34,096 nucleotides of DNA, from NCBI RefSeq assembly GCF_001194135.2, contig NC_068992.1, positions 54,772,213-54,806,308 of the forward strand, in the 5' to 3' direction. The DNA is from Octopus bimaculoides (Eukaryota). Under the pieces are notes generated by a model, which was given only the letters and a program-made list of their open reading frames with translations, had not been told where the DNA came from and did no database searches. The position numbers and the translations under genes were made by a program. This document shows, piece after piece, positions 21,284 through 33,612 of the stretch. Position 1 is the first letter of the stretch. Each line of letters begins with the position of its first letter.

Positions 21284-21993
21284 CTGAAATACCGATACAT
21301 ATATAGGTTGAGTTAAATAAACGAAATAAGTCATTGGAACAGTGGATATCGAAGCATACAAAGCTATAAATGTAAATATTGGGTTGGAAAAAAAAAAACG
21401 CTTATAGATAGTAAAATTCGAAGGCTGCCAGTGATTTTTTTCTATCCCAAAGAGTTTTTCAACTTAATAATTTACATGCTATTATGTATAGCTGTGCTTC
21501 GAGATCCACAGATAAAAAAAAAACAAAAAAAAAAAACAAATAACAAAAAGTATCTTCTTATTGAGCCTCCCTGATAAAGTTTACGTTATGAGTCTAGAAA
21601 AGCGATGCAGGAAAAAAGTTAAGACCAAGCTAGCTGAAGAAGAGTGCGACTTCTGTATTGGATGCCGTATAACCGACTNNNNNNNNNNNNNNNNNNNNNN
21701 NNNNNNNNNNNNNNNNNNNNNNNNNNNNNNNNNNNNNNNNNNNNNNNNNNNNNNNNNNNNNNNNNNNNNNNNNNNNNNNNNNNNNNNNNNNNNNNNNNNN
21801 NNNNNNNNNNNNNNNNNNNNNNNNNNNNNNNNNNNNNNNNNNNNNNNNNNNNNNNNNNNNNNNNNNNNNNNNNNNNNNNNNNNNNNNNNNNNNNNNNNNN
21901 NNNNNNNNNNNNNNNNNNNNNNNNNNNNNNNNNNNNNNNNNNNNNNNNNNNNNNNNNNNNNNNNNNNNNNNNNNNNNNNNNNNNNNNNNNNNN

Positions 21994-22065
21994 CGGTCTA
22001 GGAATCGAAACCGCAATCCTTTGACCACGAGTCCGCTGCCCAAACCACTGGGCCATTGCGCCTCC
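21994..22065 (-). mobile_element. Family-C SINE tRNA head running into an assembly gap
   Basis: GGAGGCGCAATGGCCCAGTGG...GGTTTCGATTCC, same head as 29079-29145 and 30511. Confidence 0.75.
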
Positions 22066-22789
22066 ACAACCGACTAGATATTCACTCTACAATATATCTT
22101 CGAGAAATAGTAGAAATATTGCCAAGAGGTGTACGCTTGCTTTGTAGACCTCATTAAGGCAATGACTGTGTACTGGGAAAGTTTCTTTTTTATAACATTC
22201 TTAAATAAAAGAAGTGTTTATTACTAACCAGTTTGAGTCAAACAGAGAGGTATGTAAAACAAAAGACACCCATTTTATTCACTAGCATGTTGCAGATCTT
22301 TGGAGAGAATTAGAGGATTATTTGTTGTATACAATCAAGGTTTGAATGAAGTGAAGTGAGGGGTGGAGGGCTGCGTCAGATCAATAATTATGTTTGCAAT
22401 TAATAAATGTATTGAGTAACGGAATCACACTGACGTATGTACAGTAGAATTATTGATATTTCAGACGTGTCAGGTTCGGTATCAGCTAGCTTATGTTATA
22501 TGCAATTGTTGTTGATTATTCCAAGGCAAACACTGAATGAACAGATCAATAGGGTTACATCTCATTCTTTTTCAGGCACTGCTTAACTAGCACTACATTA
22601 TCAAATGCATCGGTTCATTTTCAATACGGTTGCGCCTAAGTTTGTTTGACGGAGATTTTAGCTGCAATATGTTGCTGGTTGAGAGAGACCACGTAGAGGT
22701 TACCTCGTTAGGTTGGTGTCAACAGACTTAACGTATCTCGAAACTCATTAAAATACATTTTTGTTTTCTGTGGAAACGTACCATTTAAT

Positions 22790-22965
22790 TACAGTAAATT
22801 TGAGGGGAGAGGGTTAGATGTGACCATCGGCCCCAGATACTTCATTCTACCGGCCCCAGATACTTCATTCTACCGGTCCCAGATACTTCATTCTACCGGC
22901 TCCAGAGAGATGAAAGGCAAAACTGACCTCGGCGAGATTTGAGCTCAGGACTTAAAGTGCCGGAG
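22790..22965 (-). mobile_element. Family-A SINE with an internal 23-bp tandem triplication (22828-22900)
   Basis: Unit CGG(C/T)CCCAGATACTTCATTCTAC x3 precedes GATGAAAGGCAAAACTGACCTCGG. Confidence 0.75.
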
Positions 22966-23319
22966 CCTCCCTAATATAATATTTGTAGCCCTGGTATTAG
23001 CAAAAAGATGTACGTTTTGAGGAGACATGTACAAATGGTTGTGTTCTCATCAAAAATCACCTGAAACAGATTGCACATAGTTGCTTCATGGTGATGTAAT
23101 TGTTTATTTGTTCCATCTGTACATGTTCTTTGTCACTGTTTCTATATAGTTAGCTCATCAAATATTATTACTTCAACTCAATAATGCAGGAATTTCTGGT
23201 ATTATGGAGACACTATGCTGGTGATTCTCCTTAAGATCAAACTCGTGCATTCTAAACAGGACATTACTTAGATTTATAGGGCCATAACTAACCAAGAAAG
23301 GTCAGTAGATTTGGCACTC

Positions 23320-23379
23320 GCTTTCTGGAATTCCAAAACCCTTTCTGGAACTCCAAAACGCTTTCTGGAATTCCAAAAT
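23320..23379. repeat. 20-bp tandem repeat x3, each unit with an internal TGGAATTCCA palindrome
   Basis: (G/C)CTTTCTGGAA(T/C)TCCAAAA(C/T) x3. Confidence 0.9.
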
Positions 23380-24440
23380 GATCTAGTTGTTCTATACCTA
23401 ATGTTGGAGATATTGTTTGAATGTGGCCTCTGGATAAACAAATCTGACTCAAATTATTTCGCTTATCGGGACTAAAACGTAACAGATAAGACGTTCTTAA
23501 AAAGCCATTATCAAGGTCTAAATATCTTCAGTATTTCTTTTGTTTAATTCGTAAAGAACTAAATTAATACATTTTCAACACGGATAAATGATAAATGGAA
23601 GCCAATTCATGGATGCGCAGTAAAATCTAAACTCATGCCAGTCGACTATTAAACTAATAATATATCTCTGTCACAGACTATGAGAACCAAAGCAACAAAC
23701 GAAATATAATTGGTTCAGTGTTATAAGACTATATTGGCCAATAGGTTAAAGGATGATTTACTAAATGATATTTGCAGAATTAGTGACAATAGGGACAAAG
23801 ACGATTTATTGAGTAATTGAATTTAATGACTTGAAATTTGCTTTTTTGTTGAAGAACGAAGACCGAAACCTAGCGACTATCAAAGAAAATGAGGAGATAA
23901 TTTCAAAACATTAAGGAGACGTCAGCACAGTATAACCTTTTCAGGTCTGTTTCTATTAACTGAGAAGTTTTTCAGTGGTAGAAAAAGTGTCGTTGGCTGA
24001 AAGTGTTTCATTTACAGCATAAAACGTTGGTAATCATTCTGTTTACAATGACTTTAATTGACGTTAACTAAATGCGTGTGTGACACGATTTTTGTTCTTG
24101 GGTGGCAACTGTTATTTCCTATTTGTTTATTCATAGAGAGTATGAAATATGGCTACTATTTCTTTCAAACTTTGCTTTTGTAACGTTTATTCAAATCCCA
24201 AAGGATCCCTCTCAACACATGGATATGATGCTCCCCAACTACTCCTGCTCATCATCAGGGATACACATATTGTTAGCCACTAAGGGACATGCTCAAGTGG
24301 TTAATATTTGTCATAACAGTGTTTCCGAATCTGTCTGAAATGTAATGGAAAAAAGGTCAGTTTCAAAACATGTCCAGGTCACAAAAGCAAAGTTTGAAGG
24401 GAATAGTTGTCATTTCCATTCATTTCTAGATAGAAGCAAG

Positions 24441-24597
24441 GGATCTTTCTGAATTGACGGGCACCACTTGTTTTCTTAACGAAACACTTTTAAACTTGGG
24501 ATACTGGTAGAATGTGTCATATAAAACATCTTTTTCTCTTAGCCTTCTTAACAAAAAATTATATATTGCAAGTTATTTCATGTTAAAGTTGTCGTAT
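24441..24597. mobile_element. Solo left arm of the Merlin-like MITE seen at 4521-5031
   Basis: Colinear with about 4521-4676 (GGATCTTTCTGA...AAACTTGGGATACTGGTAGAATGTGT...TTATTTCATGTTAA). Confidence 0.8.
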
Positions 24598-24774
24598 GTA
24601 GGAAATAACACTTACTAACCAAAGACAATAAAAAAAAAAGAAAAGAAAAAACGTTACAATCTTATTAAAACAGATGGCTGTGAAGAAAATGATGGTATAT
24701 AACAAGGATTTAATGGTGTTAGTGATAATAGGGCAACGACAATATATTGGATAACTGAATTTAAATATTTTTAC

Positions 24775-25005
24775 CTGTTGAAAAAATCCCACAAAAACTT
24801 TTAAACCTGTGAATATTTGAAGATTCGGTGAAAACCTCACACCAAAAGACGATGCTCCTAATAACAACTGACAAACTATTATCACAGGTTTACGTCCATA
24901 TCTATCGGCAAAGGTTGGCACCAACATCGCTCCAAGAGTCATTCCGATTGTTTGCATCGTTTGAGTAAATGGTCCCAATGCTGATTTCTCACAAACCAGA
25001 TCCCA
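24775..25005 (-). CDS. SLC22-family transporter, exon 3 (TM2-TM4)
   Basis: ttgcAG acceptor, GTAAAA donor; WDLVCEK...FADRYGRKPV...VGFFQQ gives the E|WDLVC signature and MFS motif A (DRYGRK); 231 nt, phase 0/0. Confidence 0.96.
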
Positions 25006-26133
25006 CTGCAATGAGAAAGAAAAAAAAAAATGTATTTTTTTTTATTTACGCATGCACACACGCGCGCGCGCGCATACGGAATGATGGAACTCGAACCCAC
25101 ATCCCTTGTAATTATGATTTAGATATGATGATGAGGAGGCTAAAATGCCTACATGAGATTTCTACGCAAGTTTTTTTCCAGACGAGCATAGTGACTTCAT
25201 GTCAGCGCGCGCGCGTGCTGAAAATTAATAAGATCAATTGTTTGTTTTTCCTCTCTAATGATGGTCTTTCATCTGCTAGTATAGATTCTGTACAGATTTC
25301 TTTATAACACACTAACATGAGAAGTTATTTACATACATTATCTAATCGGCTTTGTTAAGCACGTATATTCACAATAAAAAAAAGACATTTATGTAAACTT
25401 CAAACTTACTGATAGTGTATAATAAAAAAAAAAAAACTGCTGTTTTTCGGAGTGGCGTTTTTAACGTTATAATATTCGTTTAAATTCTGCTTTTTTGTAA
25501 TAATTGTTCTGTTCTTCTGTAATAATTATTAGATGCAACAATAATAATTGGTTATATTTAATATTCCCTTTTATTTCCTACATATAAGCAAAAATATATC
25601 CCATTTGATCTGGTTGGTAGAATAATGCAATCATAATTATATAATACATAGCACAAGATTTGTAGGAGAAATATTTGGCAGAGTTCCAAACATCCAGGAA
25701 TCGATTGCTATGTTCAAACGACCAAGACTTTGTTAGAGATTGATGATATCAGCTGACAACTGACCAATCCCACCTCGGGTAGAAATCACTGTATCAATAT
25801 GAAAGTGGTTCGCTCAATTATTGATGACGTCAGCAAAGAACTGACCACTCCCATCTTCGTTAAGCCCGGATGTCTTTAACAATTTGTATTTTACGCCCTT
25901 TCCCTTAATATAAATATTGCCTATAAATAGAATTGTCTCTGTTAGCCGCTAGTAGTAAGTAGCTCACACTTTAAGCAGGTCGGTGTGATCGTAGCAGTCA
26001 ATACCAGTGACTGGCGTCGGCGCAGATTAACTCGCCTAGCTGCTAGAATTACACGGCAACAGCTACTGTCATCAATGATCTAAAAATACTTCACAAAGTG
26101 TTGTTATTAACTGGCTAAATAAATACATACATA

Positions 26134-26620
26134 CGAGGGGTGTTCATTAATGATTTCCCCTGATCCATTTCCCAATTAGTCCTTCTCTACATAGTCACCG
26201 CCAATGGTGACACACTTATTCTATCGCTTCATGCAGCTGTGAAGACCTTGTCTGTAGAAGTCGGTAAGTTGCGCCTGAAGCCAATACTTTACCTCGGAAA
26301 TAAGTTCATTATCATCCAAAAAGTGCTTCTCCTTCAAAATAGACTTCATGGTTGGAAAGAGATGGAAGTCAGATGATGCGAGGTCAGGAGAGTAAGGGGG
26401 ATGAGAAAGGATTTTATAGAGATGCATAATATGCCCCGTTAATTGCTGTGCCCTTTGCCAGAAAATCCACCATCACTATTCAGCGCTGTTCCCCAAAGAC
26501 TGTGAGCATTAGCTTGCCTGCTAGGGGTTGGACACGAGCCTTCTTTGGAGGTGGTGAGTTATCATACTTCCATTGCTTCGACTGGACTTCAGTCTCAGGA
26601 TCATAGTGATGGACCCATGA
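26134..26620 (-). mobile_element. mariner transposase pseudogene with one TIR
   Basis: WVHHYDPETE...HPPYSPDLASSDFHLF...; terminus TA|CGAGGGGTGTTC at 26132-26145. Confidence 0.9.
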
Positions 26621-26875
26621 AGATGTGTAAGGTAATTTATTTATTTAACTTGAATTTGACAGTTAAATATAGCCTTATACAGAAATGTTGACATAGGAAT
26701 AAACTTCAATAATAATGGATATTAGCGTCAAAACTCTCATTTAAATTTTTGATATATAACCAAGGAGATCGATCCATAAGGAGTCTACTTTAGACCTTTG
26801 GGGAGAAATCTCTTGCTACTTTGGTAGCGATTACATGTTTATCTCATCAACACATTGTAGAGATATCATCATATG

Positions 26876-26945
<70 letters not shown>

Positions 26946-27393
26946 TTGATACACATTTTTACATCTCTCCACATACATATAATTGTTAAACAGTACGTCA
27001 AGCATTAAAGCAAGGCAAACATCTCAAGTCATATACAATATTGTTACAGGAAGAAATTCAAAATCTTACAGCTGTTTCTGGGATATCCTCGAGTATGGGA
27101 TATTCCGTCATCAGAGACAGCCATATATAAACACGCACACATGGCCGTACGCATACGTATGTATATGCACAAACTGACTCACACATACATATGCACACAT
27201 CTATATAAATTATATACCTAAGTGCGCGTGCATGTCTGTGCGTGCATTTTGTATATAGTATATTATTATTTTGCACATACATTTATTTGGAAGGGTCTTC
27301 TCCTTTTTCTTTCCTGTCCAGTTGTCTTATATACGTCTCACAAACCACTAACATTCCAGTTTTTTGTATAGATATATTAGTAGTAAATCTCAC

Positions 27394-27626
27394 CTCTGAT
27401 ACAAACGAGTTATCCTTGGAGTCATTATAGATGTAGCCATTTGTGCAGGGCAACGAAAGAACTTTCGATTTCGTATCATTTTCCACAGACACTACGTCCA
27501 CAGCACATTCTCCGTATTCAATCCAATGTTTACGGTCCGCATCATCGTATTTCGTATAATTTTCTATCTCCTTTGGCCAAATGCTGCTGTTATCGTACGG
27601 ACGACATTGATAATCCGGATAAATAC
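27394..27626 (-). CDS. SLC22-family transporter, exon 2 (large extracellular loop)
   Basis: tttaatttAG acceptor, GTGAGA donor; in frame with exon 1: (G)IYPDYQCRPYDNSS...ECAVDVV...PCTNGYIYNDSKDNSFVSE, with the loop cysteines and C-x-x-G-Y-x-Y motif; 233 nt. Confidence 0.92.
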
Positions 27627-28049
27627 CTAAATTAAATACGGAAAAACAAAAATCAAAACAGAAAGCAGATGTTTGAAATTGATGTTGTTTACTGTGAAGT
27701 TTACTACGTGCAAAATTCAGGTTAGATAAAGTAAGGCTGCCGTTATTGTTGGTGTATAACTCTTCACCTTCAGTAATGACTTACCAAGTGGTTATAGGAT
27801 TAAAGCCGTTCTCTTTTAAGTGAGAGGTATATACTTAACGCAGTAAGCAAAATCATATATATTTCTCTGTGGAGGCTTACTTACCTTTTTTCGCCCGTCT
27901 TCTAACAGGTATCTATCCCATTTTCTAAGCTGCCTTCCACCGCTAGAAGCCACTTGATGCGACCCTCAGGCATCAGTATGCCGATCGGCGTCTTCGAGTA
28001 TAGTCCTACTACCATGTGGAGCATCTTTCCTTTGCAGTGCTTCTCTCCG

Positions 28050-28740
28050 ATAGCTGAAACGAAGCAACAATGTGCCTCCGTGAAATTCTGTTTTCTGTTG
28101 GGGAAAACAGCGGCTGAAACAGTTGTCATGCTTCAAACAGCTTACAAGGTCGCTGCCATGAGCAAAACCCAAATTTACGAGTGGTTTTCACGCTTTAGGA
28201 ATGACTTCTCGCTTCAAGACCAACCTTGTTCAATTCCGGACGAATGAAAGCATCATGAAAATTCATGGACTTATCTTACAGGACCGTCGCCGAACAATTG
28301 ACGAACTTTTTAATATGATTGGTGTGTCTTGGAGCTCCTGCCAACGAATTTTGAGAGAGAAATTGCGAGGAAAGAATTGCAGCAAAATTTGTGTCTCGCT
28401 TACGCTCGGAAGATCAGAAGCCGTCACAACTGAATGCGTGTCGTGAACTGGGAGAACCGTTGGAAATAAATCCAGACCTTTTTCGAAGGTCATCACTGGT
28501 GACGAGAGCTGGAGCTACGGAATTTGCAGATGTGGAAGAGGTGAAGGAAATAAACGACGGAAGCCTTAAGAGGCGTCACTTCGCAAGAGTTCCAGCACCA
28601 CTTCGAACAGTGGGAAACGCGTCTGGACCGATGCATTGCTTCAGATAGATAATGCTTTGAAGGAGATAAAAGTGTAAGTATGTAAAACTAAGTGAATAAA
28701 ATAATATTGCAAAATTCCAGTTTCTTTTAGGTACCCCCTC
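28050..28740 (+). mobile_element. Internally deleted mariner element (N-terminal HTH plus 3' end)
   Basis: QQCASVKFCFLLGKTAAETVVMLQTAY...IYEWFSRFR; DRRRTIDEL...SWSSCQRIL; right end TTTTAGGTACCCCCTCA|TA. Confidence 0.85.
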
Positions 28741-28763
28741 ATATATATATATATATATATATA

Positions 28764-29144
28764 TCTTGGCACTCCGTCGCTTACGACGTCGAGGGTTCCA
28801 GTTGATCCGATCAACGGAACAGCCTGCTCGTGAAATTAACGTGCAAGTGGCTGAGCACTCCACAGACACGTGTACCCTTAACGTAGTTCTCGGGGATATT
28901 CAGCGTGGCACAGTGTGACAAGGCTGACCCTTTGAATTACAGGCACAACAGAAACAGGNNNNNNNNNNNNNNNNNNNNNNNNNNNNNNNNNNNNNNNNNN
29001 NNNNNNNNNNNNNNNNNNNNNNNNNNNNNNNNNNNNNNNNNNNNNNNNNNNNNNNNNNNNNNNNNNNNNNNNNNNNNNCACAACGCCCGGTCTGGGAATC
29101 GAAACCGCGAGTCCACTGCCCTAACCACTAGGCCATTGCGCCTC

Positions 29145-29145
<1 letters not shown>
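28764..29145 (-). mobile_element. Family-C-headed SINE spanning a gap (head 29079-29145, body/tail 28764-28958)
   Basis: tRNA head GGAGGCGCAATGGCCTAGTGG...TTCGATTCCC; continuity across the N gap is inferred. Confidence 0.6.
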
Positions 29146-29181
<36 letters not shown>

Positions 29182-29200
29182 GGTGGGGCGTATGTATGTA

Positions 29201-29288
29201 TATTGGACTTTTTCTATATTTCTGATGAAGAGCTCCGCTCGAAACGTGAAATCCTCTTTCTTTTCTTTCCTTACCTGAGCGTCCAATA
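29201..29288 (+). ncRNA. Minimal hammerhead-like motif, probably inactive (G at cleavage position)
   Basis: ATTT-CTGATGA-A-GAGC-TCC-GCTC-GAAA-CGT-G-AAAT, enclosed by a perfect 8-bp helix TATTGGAC/GTCCAATA. Confidence 0.55.
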
Positions 29289-29821
29289 ACACTGCACTTA
29301 TTCCACGTCCTCGCGTTGTTGATTTTTCGTGTTTCTTTTATTCTTGCTTGTTCATGTTTGGATTGACTATATATGAATATATCTGTGCTCCTGTATCTTT
29401 ATCTGTCACACCCCACCATTTGACAACAGGTGTTTTGTTTGTTTAGATTTCCGTAAATAAGCAGTTTTGGCAAAAGAAGACAGAATAGGTACTAGACTTA
29501 AAAAAAAAACTCTTCAAGGCGGAACGCCAGCATGGTTAAAGATTAAAGATAAAAGATACGCACACACACGTATATGTATATATATATAATCACATACACA
29601 CGCCTGCACACACACACACACTAATAATAATAATAATATCCATGATTTGTAACGTAGACATAAAATTAAAAACAACAACAGAAGAGTAGGGGATCATAAT
29701 TAATGAACCTCAATAAATTACTCTGGGCAGCTGGCATACCACTACCCCAAGAAATAATAACAGTTTTAATAATTATTATAACAATAATATCAGGATTAAC
29801 AAAATATCATAGGAAACTCAC

Positions 29822-29963
29822 CGATGAAAACAATCGCTAAAACATTGCTGGCAATGGCTAAAGAGTTTAAACTGACGATAAGGTATTGTATAATATTAAA
29901 CCGTCCAGTTTGATTCAGCGACCGTATGATCTTATCCACATTTACTGAAGAATCAGGTGACAT
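29822..29963 (-). CDS. SLC22-family organic ion transporter, coding exon 1 (N-terminus, TM1)
   Basis: ATG at 29963 in context GGCCAAAATG; MSPDSSVNVDKIIRSLNQTGRFNIIQYLIVSLNSLAIASNVLAIVFI matches the SLC22 start (G-x-F before TM1); GTGAGT donor at 29821; 142 nt, phase 1. Confidence 0.9.
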
Positions 29964-30458
29964 TTTGGCCTTAGAAGTCCTTATTTTTTGCTTGCAGTGC
30001 AGAAAATCTCTCAAGCTTGCATGTGTACCCTTTTGTTTTTTTTTTTATCACTTCAGTTAATCATATGCTAATTCACGAAATTTCGATATTGTTTTCAGTG
30101 CTGTGGAACGAATGCCATATAATCTGTAAGTATGGTGTTATCTCATATGAGCTGTAGTGCCTCGTCTGACTTGAAACACATATTTACAAGTATCTTAACA
30201 AAATTCTGCTCGTCTCTTATATAGTGTCTGCCAGGCACAAACTGGAACATAGAAGGTGGAGTTAGAGATAAGGAAAGAGCATTGGTGAATGTCTACCAAG
30301 GTCATGTTTGACTTTTATACACCACCACCACCATTTTATTAAATTTAATAAACGTTCCGAGTTGAAATTCCTCAAGGGTTTGGCTTTGACTGTGCTTCGT
30401 CAAGCAATCAATATACAAACAACTGATAAAAATAACGGGCACGTAATAAACTCCTCAC

Positions 30459-30510
<52 letters not shown>

Positions 30511-30830
30511 GGAGGCGCATGGCTCAGTGGTTAGAGCGTCGAGCTTACAATCGTGAGGTTGTGAGTTCGAATCCCGGACCGGGTTACGTGCTGTGTTCTT
30601 GAGCAAGACACTTTATTTCATGTTGCTCCAGTTCACTCAGCTGTAGAAATGAGTCATGGCGTCACAAATGCCAAGCTGTATCGGCCTTTGCCTTTCCCTT
30701 GGATAACACTGGTGGCGTGGAGAGAGGAGGCCGGTATGCATGGGCGACTGCTGGTCTTCCATAAACAACCTTGTCCGGACTTGTGCCTGGGAGGGTAACT
30801 TTCTAGGTGCAATCCCATGGGTTTCAGCAC
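30511..30830 (+). mobile_element. Family-C tRNA-derived SINE with a Meta-domain-like central block
   Basis: A box TGGCTCAGTGG, B box GAGTTCGAATCC, then TGTGTTCTTGAGCAAGACACTT...CAGTTCACTCAGCTGTAGAAATGAGT (domain assignment tentative). Confidence 0.7.
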
Positions 30831-33334
30831 ATATATATNNNNNNNNNNNNNNNNNNNNNNNNNNNNNNNNNNNNNNNNNNNNNNNNNNNNNNNNNNNNNN
30901 NNNNNNNNNNNNNNNATATTGCGTTCCACCCATGTCACTACTTGTGATATCATCAAATTTAGAATTTATCCATAGATGATATGAACAGTAGTAACATCTA
31001 ACTTCAAATCTCAGTGTTTGAATGTTTCATTTATAAATTTTTATGCATACTCAGTTACCCTGTTCGATAGCCACAGCAAACTGTCGAGGTAGCCATCGAA
31101 CCCAATTGTCTTAAGTCTAGAAAACAGTCCGGTGGAGTGTGGCCGAAACATCGAGGTCATCTGCTTAGAATCGCAGAGCATACGCCCGCTGCAGTCCACA
31201 ATAAACTGAACAATTTTGAGGCAGGAGGTCGAAGTTATCGTCTAACTCCTCCCCACAGAAGTTCAAGCTTTGTGCATATAGTAAAGGATTATTAAAAACA
31301 GCGAAGCCGTGGCCATACTTTCAGATAGTGTATTTAAGACTATATAATCTAATGTATTTCTTTCTGGATGATAGGAAAACCCCGAAATCCGAGGTAACTA
31401 GAGATTATTTTAGTCTACAACAAGTAATTCATAAAAGAGGTTGGTCATCTCATTTGGTCAGGTTAAAGGTTCGGAATAGATTTTTCCCACACATGGCAGA
31501 ATATTCCACTGTTAATTCATGCCGGTCTATCAATCATATCAGAGCTTCTTTCTCTAGCTATTTGTTGAACCTAAATATCGATCTTCCGTTACAGCAAAAA
31601 TTCAATACATTCGGAATAACCAGTCCACCTGTTGGTGGTTAAACCTGTTGGAATTAGATTCCATAGCTCATGCGCCAAATACTTTTTTTAGTCTTAAAAT
31701 GGAAGCGACGGAAGCTACATAAGAACAACACGTAATACAGACAAATAAACCGACATATCAATCGAGTTATTGAGAGCATTGCTGAAGGTAAATTTTGATT
31801 TCAACTGTGCCGCAGTCTTGGTTGGTAACCGTGCCTCTTAATATCTCTAATAATAAAATAGTGTGTGTTCGATTGGAAGAATTGTCTGAAGTAGTTTGGT
31901 TTATATTCTCCGTCATGCACCAATTCACAAGGGAACATCACATCGGTTACGTGTTGCACTGATGACGAAGCAGCCTGTTAAAAACTCGCTACAAAAATTT
32001 GTGTATCTAAATTTGAGCCGATGTTCTTCACTCTCAGGTTAAGGATCCGGAACAGATTTTTCATCCAATGTGGCAACTGACCTTAACATCTTTTAATGAC
32101 TCCTTTACGTATATAAAATTGCCAAAACTGTTTCACACAGATCAAGCTGTCTCATCGTCAGCGTTGCACAGCTATCACGTTTATGACAAAGTTAAATTTT
32201 CCCGAATTAGCGTAATATGGTGTAAAACTTTATTGAAACATATATGTAATGAATAAACAATTTTAGAATTCATGAAAGATTCGCTAGCTTGCTAAGTTCA
32301 GATTCTAGTTTGAGCTTAGATTGCACATCGTTTCAATTTTAAGACTAAGTTTAAGCTCAGATACCCACAAGGAAACTATTACATTATTCTGTGAAAAACA
32401 TATCAAAATGTATCTGAGTCAGTTTTAACAACAAGCCTATTAGCATTATATTTGTGATTCCTTCAACTGATCCTCTTTTGTCATTTCCAGTCTTTTGCTT
32501 GATTGCCATATTGCGCTCAAGTTACCACAGAGGTGATCTCCTAATCTAAAAGTAAAGGATCTATGTTCGAACATAGCAATTCCTCGACCCACAATGCAAA
32601 ACTCATTATTTACTTAGCAAATAGCTACCATGGAGGCATACAAATGATTTACAATTAGGTAAAGCGTGATTGCGTGATTAAGTAAAGGCTTCAGGTTCGA
32701 TCCCACTCGGTCAAATGTATTTTACTATAGCTTCGAAATGAGTTGATCAATACCTTGTGAGTGAAATTTGGTAGTTGGAAATTGTATAGAAATCAGTATA
32801 TATGCTCACGCACAGGTCGTATATCGGCAGGAAAACCGAAAAGATGTTCCTTCAGATAATTGTTTTATACCGAGTTACAAACACTCCTTCGGTACTGTCA
32901 TTTTCAGAAATACAGTGAACCAGTGATTGATCCGCTTTAAACTCCTAACTATGACCGCTATTGTTCAGAAATCTCGATAGAAAACATAAATAGCAGCGAG
33001 TCGTTGCAAGTGACAAATATTTTAGCCTACATTCTTGGACTGAAGCCTGCATATAAGTTTATATCAGAGCAAATTCTTTCCATTGAAGCCATATAACGAA
33101 GTTGTATTTTATCGCCAAATGCATCTTGCATATTTTCGCTCCAGTAGGTTATCAAAGAATGGGAAATTGGTAGTTTGATACTGGTATCGCTCTTCTCTTT
33201 CTCTTGTTATTGGATTTAAGTTTAACCAATAAATTATTAATGCGGAAAAAAAAAAAAAAAAATCTATCCACAGTACAACTGACGGAAATAGCAACAAGTG
33301 CCAGGTATTACTTTTGTAAATAAATTGTTGAAGG

Positions 33335-33535
33335 TGTCGAGCTGAGAGAATTGTTAGCACATCGAACAAAATGCTTAGCGACATGGCTTCGGTCTTTACG
33401 TTCTGAGATCAAATCCACCGAGGTTAACTTTGCTTTTCGTCTCTTCGGAGTCGATAAACTACAGTACTTGTTAAGTACAGGAGTTCATGTAATCAGCTTA
33501 TCTAGTATCCTCAAAACTGTTGGCTTTGAAGCCTG
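33335..33535 (+). mobile_element. Degenerate family-A SINE
   Basis: GAATTGTTAGCA...TTCTGAGATCAAATCC...AACTTTGCTTTTCGTC. Confidence 0.7.
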
Positions 33536-33612
33536 CAACATACCGGCGGCCCTTCCAGAGAAATATTGTGACCTCAGTCACTTATACGCAACGAAACCGA
33601 GTAACCAGCCTG

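Larger units (their letters stand above)
10010..30915. other. Assembly gaps at 10010-10195, 14815-15463, 18768-18777, 21679-21993, 28959-29078 and 30839-30915
   Basis: N runs, mostly adjacent to microsatellites or SINEs. Confidence 1.

Noticed and set aside
30099-30125. Plus-strand 27-nt interval with good acceptor and GTAAGT donor (possible antisense exon)
   Set aside because: No partner exons or other support; such sites are frequent in AT-rich DNA.
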